Assembly (NCBI GenBank): GCA_044342325.1
Contig: JBIIPZ010000013.1
Coordinates: 164 to 64,163 of the forward strand
DNA from: Terrimicrobiaceae bacterium
GTDB lineage: Bacteria; Verrucomicrobiota; Verrucomicrobiia; Chthoniobacterales; Terrimicrobiaceae
Reading direction: 5' to 3'
Length of the DNA: 64,000 nucleotides
Below, in pieces: positions 19,831 to 28,523 of the stretch (its first letter is position 1; every line of letters begins with the position of its first letter). Below the pieces are notes generated by a model. It worked only from the letters and a program-made list of their open reading frames with translations. It was not told the DNA's origin and did no database searches. The position numbers were made by a program, and so were the translations under genes.

Positions 19831-20975
19831 GGCAGGAAGCGGTCGTAGATTTCCTCCACGGCGGAAGTCATTCGCTCAACGGAAAAACTGGCTTCGATCT
19901 TGGCGCGGGCATTTTGCGCGATGCGTAAGGAAAGTTCAGAGTCTTGCAGCAAGGCAGCCGTGCGTTCGACAAAGAGGGGCGCGTCGTCGGAAGGGACAAG
20001 GAATCCCTCGCGGCCGTCGCCGATGACTTCGGCGATGCCATCAAGCTGCGAGGCCACAACGGGAAGGCCCATGGCCATGGCCTCAAGGAGCGTCATCGGC
20101 AGACCCTCGTAGCGCGAGGGCATGAGAAGAACATCCGCCGCGAGATAGACCTGCCGGGTGTCGGCAACATAGCCCGAGAAGGTGACCCGGTCCGCGATAC
20201 CAAGGGTGATGGCCTTTTCGCGCAGCATTTTTTCCTCGGGTCCATCGCCCGCCAGGAGGAAGTGAAGATCGGGAAAGCGCGGGGCGAGCTGTGCTGCGAT
20301 GTCGAGGAAGAGTGAGAAGTTCTTCTGGGGATTGAGCCGACCCACGCCGGCAACGACGCGCGCAGAGGCGGGCACCCCGAGCTCAAGGCGGGCCTGGTCG
20401 CGCCGTGCAGATGCAGGACTGAAGCGGAGGAGGTCGATGGCATTCGGCACGAGTGTGACATCGCTCGCGGGGATGGATTCGCGAGTGATCAAAAAATCCC
20501 TGCAAGATGCCGAAACGGCGACGATGTGACTGGCAAAGCGGTTTGAGAAGCGATCCAAGGCGAGGAGGAGGCGACTATCGGCCCGGCGGGTGTCGTTTGT
20601 GTGGTCGTGATTGATGACCACTGGAACTCCAAGCAGGGCACCAAGTGGCTTGGCGATGATATTGGAGGGGATGAGGTGGCAGTGGAGGATATCCGGGCTG
20701 TCCGCAAGCAGGCGCCATGGGATCGAGGCGAGATAGAGGGGAAGTAACTTGTGCGGGGAGAGCGAGTGGACTTTGACACCGGCCTGCCTGAGTCGGTCCC
20801 AATAAATGCCGTGGCCGTGCATCGTGGCGACTTCGTGTCGGAAGCGGGAACTCCCGCAGGTCGCCAGATTCAGAACAACCTCCTGTGCCCCTCCGAGGTG
20901 GAGGCTGTCGATGATATGGAGGACGCGTTTCACGGGAAATTTCTCATCTGCCACTGTTGCCAAACATATTCGCAC
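19827..20975 (-). CDS. Glycosyltransferase family 4
   Basis: VLHIIDSLHLGGAQ N-terminus and YEGLPMTLLEAMAMGLPVV. An alternative GTG start at 20933 would give a GTGA junction with the asnB stop instead of a 46-nt overlap. Confidence 0.8.
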   Translation of the reverse strand: MRICLATVADEKFPVKRVLHIIDSLHLGGAQEVVLNLATCGSSRFRHEVATMHGHGIYWDRLRQAGVKVHSLSPHKLLPLYLASIPWRLLADSPDILHCHLIPSNIIAKPLGALLGVPVVINHDHTNDTRRADSRLLLALDRFSNRFASHIVAVSASCRDFLITRESIPASDVTLVPNAIDLLRFSPASARRDQARLELGVPASARVVAGVGRLNPQKNFSLFLDIAAQLAPRFPDLHFLLAGDGPEEKMLREKAITLGIADRVTFSGYVADTRQVYLAADVLLMPSRYEGLPMTLLEAMAMGLPVVASQLDGIAEVIGDGREGFLVPSDDAPLFVERTAALLQDSELSLRIAQNARAKIEASFSVERMTSAVEEIYDRFLP

Positions 20976-22768
20976 CAGAGGAATAGGCGTTCATCCGATT
21001 GCCCGGCGAGGTGGGCGGAGAGCTTTTCGCGCAGCAGGGACGAATTTGCCTCAGGCGCGATGCGAGCGCTGCGGAGCCAGCTTCCGACCGGTGTGCCGAA
21101 GCCTTTTTTGCTCCGATAGATGATCTCATGTGGGAGCAATCCTTCGACGGCGCACTTGAGCAGATATTTCGTGGTCTTGCCCCGGAGCTTGTAATTGTGC
21201 GGCAGGCGCCGGGCGAAGTCGGCGACTTCGATGTCGAGGAATGGACTCCTCACTTCGAGGGAATTCATCATGCTGGCGCGGTCGGCCTTGGCGAGGATGC
21301 CGTCCTGCAGATAAATCTCGGTGTAGAACTGAAGCGTTCGGTCCACTGGATTCGTGCCGGAGCAAGATTCCCACGCATCGATCGCCTCGCTGTAGATTTC
21401 CTCCACGCTGAAACGAGAGTCGGTGAGACGGGCAAGTTCGGAGGGTTCCAAGGCACCGAGCCATACAGGGTTCCAAAGGCGCGCCGGATGATCCAGACCG
21501 CGCAGTGTGCGTTTGATTTTAAAATCGAGGCTGATGTTGGCGTGCGAAACAGGCAGGCGGGCTGCCAGGAGGCGGAGAGCGGAATGCAGGGGACGGGGAA
21601 CAAGGCTGGAATAAAGACCTGCCAAACGCAGCGCGCGGAAGGGGTCATAGCCCGCGAACAGCTCGTCGCCGCCGTCCCCGCTGAGAGCAACGGTGACATG
21701 ACGACGCGCAAAACGGCAGAGCAGCCAAGTGGGCAGGAGCGAGCCGTCGCCTTGAGGTTCATCGAGCAGATCGAAAATGCCGGGCATGCCCTCCAGCGCG
21801 GCTTCGAGGCTCAGCGTCTCGATGTGGTGATCGGTTTTTAAAAACTCTGCGACTTGAGCGGCAAAGGCCGATTCGTCAAAACTCGGCTCCTTGAAGCCGA
21901 TCGTGAAGGTCTGGAGTGTGCGATCTTGGACATCTCGCGCAGCTAAAGCAGCAATCGTTGAAGAATCCAGACCGCCACTCAGGAAGATGCCGAGCGGGAC
22001 ATCGGCCACAAGGCGGCGGCGGGTCGCGCGGGTGAGAATTTCCAGCAGTTCTGCGGCGAGTGTGGATTCACTTTTTTGCGACTCCTCCGGTTCCAGCGTG
22101 TAGCGCCAGTAGCGATGGATTTTTGGTGAACCACCCTCCGCATCGACCGTGAGCCAGTGTGCGGCGGGGAGTTTGTAAATGCCTTCGATAGCAGAGTGCG
22201 GTGCCGGAATGAGCGCATGCGCGAGGAATTTGACCCTCGCGATTTCCGACTGGTTGCGAGGCGCAAGCGGGTGCTCGAGGATTGCGGTCAACTCCGAGGC
22301 GAAGGCAAAGGTGCCGTTTCGATGAAAGTAGTAGAGCGGCTTTTTTCCAAAGCGGTCGCGGGCCAGAAAAAGACGCCGTGTGTGCGAATCGTAAATGGCA
22401 AACGCCCACATGCCATTGAGTCGGGAAAGCATCCCCTCCCCCCATTCGCGCCATGCGTGAAGCAGGACTTCGGTATCCGAGTGGTCTGTGGCGAAAATGT
22501 GTCCCTTGGCGAGGAGTTCGCTGCGGAGTTCCGCGTGATTGTAGATTTCGCCGTTGAAAACAATGGCGAGGGAGCGATCAGCAGAGACCATCGGCTGCGC
22601 GCCACAGGCGAGATCGATAATCGAGAGGCGTCGGTGGCCAAGAAAAACACCGGCGTCCGCTTTTTCAAAATAACCCTCCGCATCAGGCCCGCGGTGCGTG
22701 AGACGGCGGGTCATGCGCTGCAAATCCGCGCTGTCGCCCGCGCCGAGAAATCCGGCTATGCCGCACAT
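20930..22768 (-). CDS. asnB: Asparagine synthase (glutamine-hydrolysing), polysaccharide-cluster type
   Basis: MCGIAGFLG Ntn-amidotransferase N-terminus and the SGGLDSS PP-loop. Confidence 0.92.
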   Translation of the reverse strand: MCGIAGFLGAGDSADLQRMTRRLTHRGPDAEGYFEKADAGVFLGHRRLSIIDLACGAQPMVSADRSLAIVFNGEIYNHAELRSELLAKGHIFATDHSDTEVLLHAWREWGEGMLSRLNGMWAFAIYDSHTRRLFLARDRFGKKPLYYFHRNGTFAFASELTAILEHPLAPRNQSEIARVKFLAHALIPAPHSAIEGIYKLPAAHWLTVDAEGGSPKIHRYWRYTLEPEESQKSESTLAAELLEILTRATRRRLVADVPLGIFLSGGLDSSTIAALAARDVQDRTLQTFTIGFKEPSFDESAFAAQVAEFLKTDHHIETLSLEAALEGMPGIFDLLDEPQGDGSLLPTWLLCRFARRHVTVALSGDGGDELFAGYDPFRALRLAGLYSSLVPRPLHSALRLLAARLPVSHANISLDFKIKRTLRGLDHPARLWNPVWLGALEPSELARLTDSRFSVEEIYSEAIDAWESCSGTNPVDRTLQFYTEIYLQDGILAKADRASMMNSLEVRSPFLDIEVADFARRLPHNYKLRGKTTKYLLKCAVEGLLPHEIIYRSKKGFGTPVGSWLRSARIAPEANSSLLREKLSAHLAGQSDERLFLWCEYVWQQWQMRNFP

Positions 22769-23727
22769 CAGACCGAGCCGGTTTGCCCCTCGCAGTTCCG
22801 GGTTCTGCTCACGAGGTAGATGGATTTATTCTGAGACTCGTGGAAGGTGCGCGTGATCATTTCGGCAAGCAGTCCCATGAGCATGCAAATAACTCCTGTC
22901 ATAAAGGAAAAGACAGCCATCATCGGCAAAGGAGTTCCCGTGAAGAAATAGCCCCGCGCCCGCATGTAAATCGCCCATGCGCCGAAAACGAACGAAGCGA
23001 TGAAAAACATGAAGCTCCAGAAGCCAAAAAGATACATCGGCTTGAGCATGTATTTATCGAGAAAGCGGACTGTGAGGAGGTCCATCACGACCTTGAGAAC
23101 GCGCTCCAGACCATACTTCGAGTGCCCTGTCTTTCGGGCGTGGTGGCCGACCGGGAGTTCGGTGATGCGGGCGCCGTGCCACTTCGCGTAAATCGGCAGG
23201 AAGCGGTGCATCTCGCCATAGAGTCGAACACCCTTGATGACCTCGGAGCGGTAGGCTTTCAGCGAACAACCAAAGTCGTGGAGTTTCACTCCCGAGACAG
23301 CCGAGATGAGTTTGTTAGCCAAAATGCTCGGCAGGTTGCGCTGAAGCGCGTTGTCCTGGCGATCTTTTCTCCAACCGGAGCAGACTTCGAAACCTTCATC
23401 GAGCTTGGCCACGATGCGTGGGATATCTTGCGGATCGTTCTGACCATCGCCATCGAGGGGAATAATGATATCGCCACTTGCGAAGTCGAAGCCGGCCATC
23501 ATGGCCGCTGTCTGACCGAAGTTTCGGCGGAAGTGCACGACTTTAACGTGGGGATTTTTTTCCGCCAAGCCATCGAGCAGTTCAGCACTGCCGTCTTGAC
23601 TCCCGTCATTAACAAAAATGATCTCCCAATTTTCAGGAAAGTGCCGGTGCATGACGGCCTGAACTTTTTCAAAAAGCGGCGCCAAGGCCTCGCGCTCGTT
23701 ATAAACCGGAACGGTGAGTGAAATCAT
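22768..23727 (-). CDS. Glycosyltransferase family 2 (polyprenyl-phosphate sugar transferase-like)
   Basis: LTVPVYNE...FVNDGSQDGS...DGDGQNDP (DxD) and two C-terminal TM segments. Confidence 0.88.
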   Translation of the reverse strand: MISLTVPVYNEREALAPLFEKVQAVMHRHFPENWEIIFVNDGSQDGSAELLDGLAEKNPHVKVVHFRRNFGQTAAMMAGFDFASGDIIIPLDGDGQNDPQDIPRIVAKLDEGFEVCSGWRKDRQDNALQRNLPSILANKLISAVSGVKLHDFGCSLKAYRSEVIKGVRLYGEMHRFLPIYAKWHGARITELPVGHHARKTGHSKYGLERVLKVVMDLLTVRFLDKYMLKPMYLFGFWSFMFFIASFVFGAWAIYMRARGYFFTGTPLPMMAVFSFMTGVICMLMGLLAEMITRTFHESQNKSIYLVSRTRNCEGQTGSV

Positions 23728-23799
23728 GCAAAAGTAGAACGGCCTCCGTTTTCAATTCGGAGGGCGTGGGCGTCAAGGCAATCCCGATCAACAAAGCCC

Positions 23800-24213
23800 T
23801 CAGAGGCTCGGATCCTGACGCACGTAGTCGTAGCGCGTCTCAAAGCCCAGCTCAGGAGGAAACTCCGAGTAGCCGGAGTTGATCCATGGAATATCGCTGC
23901 GATAGGGCGGAGTGTAGCCGCCTTTATGAGTTGGGAACGGAAAGAGAGCGACCTCGTAAATCCCATAGCCAAGCCGTGCGAAGACGCGACCGGTGCCGCG
24001 CACGAGACCGTAGCTCAGGGCGGCGGCATTTCCTTCCATGTCATTCACGACCGCCCATTGGTAGGGAATCTCAGTGATACCGAAAGCGATGTTGCCAAGT
24101 CCGCGTCCAAGTTTCCGTGTTGGACCGAAGTCCGATGCCGGCGGAGCTTGAATGTCTGCAACGGCCGTAGCACAAAGCGCCAAGGAGAGGAGGGAGCAAA
24201 GGAAAGCTTTCAT
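23800..24213 (-). CDS. Exosortase-system-associated small secreted protein (TIGR04073-like)
   Basis: Signal peptide MKAFLCSLLSLALCATAVA, then RKLGRGLGNIAFGITEIPYQW, recalled as the hallmark motif of TIGR04073. Start at ATG 24213. Confidence 0.55.
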   Translation of the reverse strand: MKAFLCSLLSLALCATAVADIQAPPASDFGPTRKLGRGLGNIAFGITEIPYQWAVVNDMEGNAAALSYGLVRGTGRVFARLGYGIYEVALFPFPTHKGGYTPPYRSDIPWINSGYSEFPPELGFETRYDYVRQDPSL

Positions 24214-24283
24214 GTCCCTTTTTCTAAAAAGCCCATGCCGGTCAGGCAAGCACGAAATCCCGTCGGCAATGCTTTCATAAAAC

Positions 24284-24739
24284 TCAGCGCGTTTGCAACT
24301 GAGACTCATTTCCCACCAGAGAGTCATACTTTTCGGGCAAACCGAGAAACTCGGCGACGAAAGAGTTTGCTGGATTGTTGCGCACTTCCGTCGGTGTGCC
24401 GCTTTGTTGAATTGAGCCTTTGTCGATCAGCACTACGCGGTCGGCGACTTCAAAGGCCTCGTCCTGGTCGTGCGTGACGAAAATCGTGGTGAGGCGCGTG
24501 AGGTCGTGGAATTCGCGGAGCCAGCGGCGGAGGTCCTTGCGCACTTTGGCGTCGAGCGCGCCAAAGGGTTCGTCGAGCAGGAGCACCTCGGGACGGTTAG
24601 CCAAGGCTCGGGCAAAGGCGACGCGTTGGCGCTGTCCGCCGGAGAGCTGGGTGGGGAGGCGTTTCTCGTAGCCTTCCAGCTGCACGGCACGCAGAAGCTC
24701 GGTGACATCGCGGCAATAGGAAGAAATGCCCTCCGCCAT
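24284..24739 (-). pseudogene. Truncated CysA-like ABC ATPase fragment (no Walker A, no C-terminal regulatory domain)
   Basis: Contains the Q-loop-distal part, signature LSGGQRQR, Walker [12 protein letters not shown] and the H-loop VTHDQ. The ~100 aa N-terminal part with the Walker A is absent in all frames upstream, where a GC-rich repeat array starts. No cognate permease or binding-protein genes are nearby. Confidence 0.7.
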
Positions 24740-24779
24740 CGCAGGCTGTTTCTCCTCGGCGCGTCACTCTTTTTTGCTC

Positions 24780-25130
24780 GCGTTCCGACAAATTATCGCG
24801 GCGCGCCGCACTTTTTGCCTGGCAGGCCGAGCATTGAAGGCGGCGCGCCGCACTTGGCTCACGGCGTGCCGCATTCCAATACTGTTGCGCGGGCTTGGGA
24901 ACTCGGCGAGCCGCACTGGCACGGCGGCTCGCGGGCTTCGCATCACGGGGCGCCGCGTTTCTTCGGCGGCGCGCGGCGCAGGGATGCTCGCGTGCCGCCT
25001 TCGAAGTGCCGCACGCGAGTCTTTTGACTTGGCGTCCCGGCACGGCACGGCCGCGCGCCGAGATCAGTTGCTCGTCGTCCGCATTCGTTACCTGGCGCGC
25101 CGCACTCGAAGCGCCATGAGCGGCCCTTTT
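24780..25130. repeat. Degenerate array of GC-rich GCCGCAC-core motifs
   Basis: Copies of [GCGCCGCAC / GTGCCGCAC / GAGCCGCAC] at 24803, 24845, 24866, 24908, 24950, 24992, 25006 and 25097, several spaced ~41-42 nt apart. No credible ORF. Confidence 0.5.
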
Positions 25131-25164
25131 TTAGCCATTTTTTCGGCATCGAGACCCGTGTGGA

Positions 25165-25200
25165 GAAATAAAAAAGGCGTCCCTCTTGCGAGGAACGCCT
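25165..25200 (-). terminator. Rho-independent terminator downstream of the 25226..25771 gene
   Basis: Hairpin GGCGTCCCTC-TTGC-GAGGAACGCC (9 of 10 bp), followed on the minus strand by CTTTTTTATTT. It sits 25 nt after the stop codon. Confidence 0.55.
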
Positions 25201-25225
25201 TTGTTCATGGGACTGTTTCCGGACC

Positions 25226-25771
25226 TCAGGCGGAGGCCGCTTCGGGCGGCTGATCTTTCTTCTTCGCGGGTCTCGCGAACCTCTGTTTCAGCGCATCCTG
25301 TTGCTCTGGCATGCGGGTGCACGCCGCCGGCGTTTTCAGCACGGCGTAGATGCTCCGCGTCGCTCCGAAGAGCCAGTTGCCAGAGACCAAAAGGGCATCA
25401 TCCACTTTTGATTTCATGTCGCTGAGGTGCGCTTGAATGAGGCTCAGATTTTTCATGAGCTCATCCTGCGCCAACAGGGTTTCCAACTCGATGGCTCTCG
25501 GAAGCACGCCTTCGTCCTTCCGCGCGGATTCGATTGCCAAATCCACGAAGCCTCGGGTTTTCAGGCCCAGTTTCGACATGCGCTTGCGCTCCAGCGGAGT
25601 CAGCGCCGGAAGTGCCGGAAGTGCCGGCAACTTCGCCTGCAGGTTGTTGATGGTTTCGACGATCGAGGCCACATCCTTATTCGTCAGGGTGACCCGGGCG
25701 AATGCGTAGTTGGCTTCGAGGTTTCTCTCCGCCGAAGCGGAGACTGTCGTTTTGGTATCTATGGATTTCAT
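25226..25771 (-). CDS. Hypothetical protein (181 aa), no recognised domain
   Basis: Clean ORF from ATG 25771 with a terminator downstream. Contains LTPLERKRMSKLGLKTRGFV and an LPALPALPAL tract. Function unknown. Confidence 0.6.
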   Translation of the reverse strand: MKSIDTKTTVSASAERNLEANYAFARVTLTNKDVASIVETINNLQAKLPALPALPALTPLERKRMSKLGLKTRGFVDLAIESARKDEGVLPRAIELETLLAQDELMKNLSLIQAHLSDMKSKVDDALLVSGNWLFGATRSIYAVLKTPAACTRMPEQQDALKQRFARPAKKKDQPPEAASA

Positions 25772-25833
25772 AGGACTCCAAATAAACATAGCAGTATTTT
25801 ACTTTCAACTTTTATGTTGATACTGGTCGTATT

Positions 25834-26772
25834 ATGAGTATTTACTACCTCATGCCTTCAAAATCTGTTGAAAACAAAGCGAAACAAGCGATCACGGGGA
25901 GCCCTCTCGGCAAGCTGCGAAGTCTCATTGGATGGACTCGGCAGGAGTGTGCGATCCATGCAGGCGTGAGTCTCGCCTCATTACAAAATTACGAGCGGGG
26001 ATTTGCTCCCCTGCCCTTGGAGGTGGCCCGCGCCCTTGAGAGCACCTGCGGCGTGAATGCCGAGCAGCTGCACAAGCAATCAAAGATCTGGCATGAGAGT
26101 CGCGGCAAAACCAAGCCCCAAAATCCTGTGACCATGGGTGGGAATACCTACCATGCGGATACTTTTAAAAACTACTGCAGCGCGCGGCTCTCGAGCCATG
26201 ACCAGGCAAAAGCCATCAAGGATATTTCCACTCGCGTCAATCTGCTGCTGGGCGCCTTGGGAGAGAAGCCCCACCTCTTCCGCACCGCCTACCGCGCGCT
26301 TGTGCAAAACCTGGACGGCCTTCTCAAGCAAACTGGACTCTCCGTCGCGGAGATGTCCGAATTCGCCTCGCAAGGTGCCAAGGTCGAGGAAATGGAGTGG
26401 ACCTTAGGGGAACTCGGTGCGGAGCCAGAAATCGCGCAGAGTCCAGACTGGATCAAAGCCGACTTGATGAAAAAATTCGGGATATTGGACAAAGTGAAAA
26501 TTCAAAAAACCGAGTTCGACTTCTGGCCGGGTGATATTGTCTTTTTTCCGCAGGATCAGGAAGTGATGACTCCCGATTGGATTCTTTGTAAACGCCACAT
26601 CTGGCGAATCACTTTACCCGACCAATCCCTGCTCACCATTCCCTTCAATCAATTCGAAGCCTCCGGATTGCTCGCCCGCACTTCGTCCGCAGCGCCATCG
26701 CCGCACGGGGTGACTATTGCTGAGTCCCGAAGAAATCTGGAGCTGACACATTTCACAAAAGGAAAGAGCTGA
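25834..26772 (+). CDS. XRE-family helix-turn-helix protein with an unknown ~230-aa C-terminal domain
   Basis: The N-terminal LRSLIGWTRQECAIHAGVSLASLQNYERG is an HTH_XRE signature. The last ~25 codons run into repeat copy 1, so the native C-terminus may have been replaced. Confidence 0.65.
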   Translation: MSIYYLMPSKSVENKAKQAITGSPLGKLRSLIGWTRQECAIHAGVSLASLQNYERGFAPLPLEVARALESTCGVNAEQLHKQSKIWHESRGKTKPQNPVTMGGNTYHADTFKNYCSARLSSHDQAKAIKDISTRVNLLLGALGEKPHLFRTAYRALVQNLDGLLKQTGLSVAEMSEFASQGAKVEEMEWTLGELGAEPEIAQSPDWIKADLMKKFGILDKVKIQKTEFDFWPGDIVFFPQDQEVMTPDWILCKRHIWRITLPDQSLLTIPFNQFEASGLLARTSSAAPSPHGVTIAESRRNLELTHFTKGKS

Positions 26773-26993
26773 CCTAGCGCAAACCTCTCACGGAGACACC
26801 AAGACACGGAGAAAAGTTCTCGCTCGGAACGCTGACGTCCTCGTCGGCATCAGCAACTCTATGCGATGACGCTACGGCAAAGCCACCAAGCCAAGTGCGA
26901 CAATACGCGAGGCCAATTCTTGCGCTTTCTGGATTCAAAGGCTCGGTTAGAGCGATTGAATATCAATAATTTACGCTGACCTGCCTGACCAGT
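26695..26993 (+). repeat. ~295-bp dispersed repeat, copy 1
   Basis: Co-linear with 38369-38664. It shares exact runs such as tcggcatcagcaactctatgcgatgacgctacggcaaagccaccaagccaagtgcg and ctctcacggagacaccaagacacggagaaaagttctcg. Confidence 0.85.
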
Positions 26994-27347
26994 TTACGTG
27001 CAACCTATGTCCTTGGTCAGTTGTTAACCGATCTCCTCGGTTCATACCACCGACCTCGCACTCGGCGAAGAACTGCTCGAGTCCGGCAAGGTTGGAGCGC
27101 TGACCGGATCTGCTCTCAGCGCGCCGGCCGGCTGCACGCTGCTGTGGTGGTTTTTGAGGAAAAATCACCGAGCTGGGATTGATGCTCCGCGTTGTCGGTT
27201 CCGGCATGACCGCCCGTGCTATGATGAACGCTATGCGTGGGGTCTTGAATCTTCCCGGGCGCCGTTAGGCGCAGAACAGAAGTAGGGGTTCGCCCCATTG
27301 CTGCATTCCGGGCCACGCTCCATGTTTCGCCACCGAAAGGGAAACAA

Positions 27348-27737
27348 ATGAATACAAACTCAATTCATGAAGGCGCGATCATGATCCATGGAAAAGGTGT
27401 CGGAACGATCAACTATGAAATGATTCGGAATCGCGCTTCCGAACTGGCGATGATCGACGGCCGGGCGGAGGAGGATGCATCCCAAGGCGATTGGGACGAG
27501 GCGGAGCGGGAACTGACGAACGACGCTGAACCGCCATCGCTGGAATCCGTGCCTGAATCGGAACGCTGGAACCCGATTCTGGGAACTGTTGGGCATGAGG
27601 CTGCGGTGGCATTCGATGATAACGAGGATGAAGACGGAAGAAGTGTCGAAGAGCGACTGGTTCAGGCGGGAGTCGCCGAAGCTGACCACGATCGAAGACT
27701 CGCAGCTGCTCGTAACGCCGCAGCTGAAAACGAGTGA
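27348..27737 (+). CDS. Small acidic protein, DUF2934-like
   Basis: EMIRNRASELAMIDGRAEEDASQGDWDEAEREL resembles the DUF2934 motif (R.RAYE...GR...DW..AE). The rest of the protein is Asp/Glu-rich. Confidence 0.5.
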   Translation: MNTNSIHEGAIMIHGKGVGTINYEMIRNRASELAMIDGRAEEDASQGDWDEAERELTNDAEPPSLESVPESERWNPILGTVGHEAAVAFDDNEDEDGRSVEERLVQAGVAEADHDRRLAAARNAAAENE

Positions 27738-27769
27738 GAGTTTCACCCCATGGCGAGATTAGCATAGGC

Positions 27770-28315
27770 ATGGCCTCGAACGAACGCGCCCTGCTTGCCA
27801 CCACACAAACCCTTTTCGCGGATGGCAAGTGCCTTCTCGCGATGGATGAGAGCAATCCGACCCGTAACAAGCGTTTCGCTGCACATGGCATTCCGCAGAC
27901 GGAAGAGATGCGTCGGGCCTGTCGCGAGATGATCGTAACCACGCCGCACCTCGGGAATGACATCAGCGATGCGATTCTCTACGACGAGACGATTCGACAG
28001 ACGACAGCCGATGGACGTTCGTTTGAGTTGGTTCTTGCCGAAGCAGGCATCATCCCCGGCATCAAGGTGGACATGGGAGAAAAGGACTTGGCAGGTCATC
28101 TGGGAGAGAAGATCAACAAAGGGCTTGATGGTTTGCGCGAGCGACTGGCGGAGTATTTGAAGATGGGCGCACGGTTCGCGAAATGGCGCGCCGTGTTTGC
28201 CATCGGTGATCACGTTCCCAGCCGGAGCTGTATCGAAGCCAATGCTCACGGTCTGGCGCGCTATGCGGCCTTGTGGCAGGAGGCGGGTTTGTTCCACATC
28301 GTGGAGCCTGAAGTC
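27770..28315 (+). pseudogene. Class I fructose-bisphosphate aldolase, 3'-truncated
   Basis: Good class I aldolase similarity from MASNERALLATTQTLFADGKCLLAMDES through GLFHIVEPEV (~182 aa). The frame then reads unrelated sequence, and the ~150 aa carrying the Schiff-base Lys region are missing. Confidence 0.7.
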
Positions 28316-28316
28316 G

Positions 28317-28391
28317 AACATGGTGTTTTCAGGTCTGAACTGTCCCGTGCTCGTCGTTCCAAGCGACGCCGATGTGCCGGAGCCGAAATGA
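28317..28391 (+). pseudogene. Universal stress protein C-terminal remnant
   Basis: A different frame reads NMVFSGLNCPVLVVPSDADVPEPK-stop. xCPVLVVP is the canonical USP C-terminal strand, and no USP N-terminal part precedes it. Confidence 0.45.
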
Positions 28392-28523
28392 AGCCTGCCG
28401 TGAATGCGCAAGATCCGACGCGAACTGGACGCCAGCAGCTCAGCAATACCGGACAGGATCGAGCAGAGTGAACCTGCCGCTTCAGCGAACCAAAAGCCCC
28501 AATCCCAACAATCCTGCCGCGTC

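Noticed and set aside
24780-25130. Possible CRISPR array
   Set aside because: The repeated units are only ~9 nt, degenerate and irregularly spaced. There are no 25-40-nt repeats alternating with unique spacers, and no cas genes.
26971-27316. Two small minus-strand ORFs in the spacer after repeat copy 1, as a possible transposase or integrase remnant
   Set aside because: I could recognise no family motif. They are left unannotated and are noted only as a place where a recombinase remnant could be sought by BLASTX.
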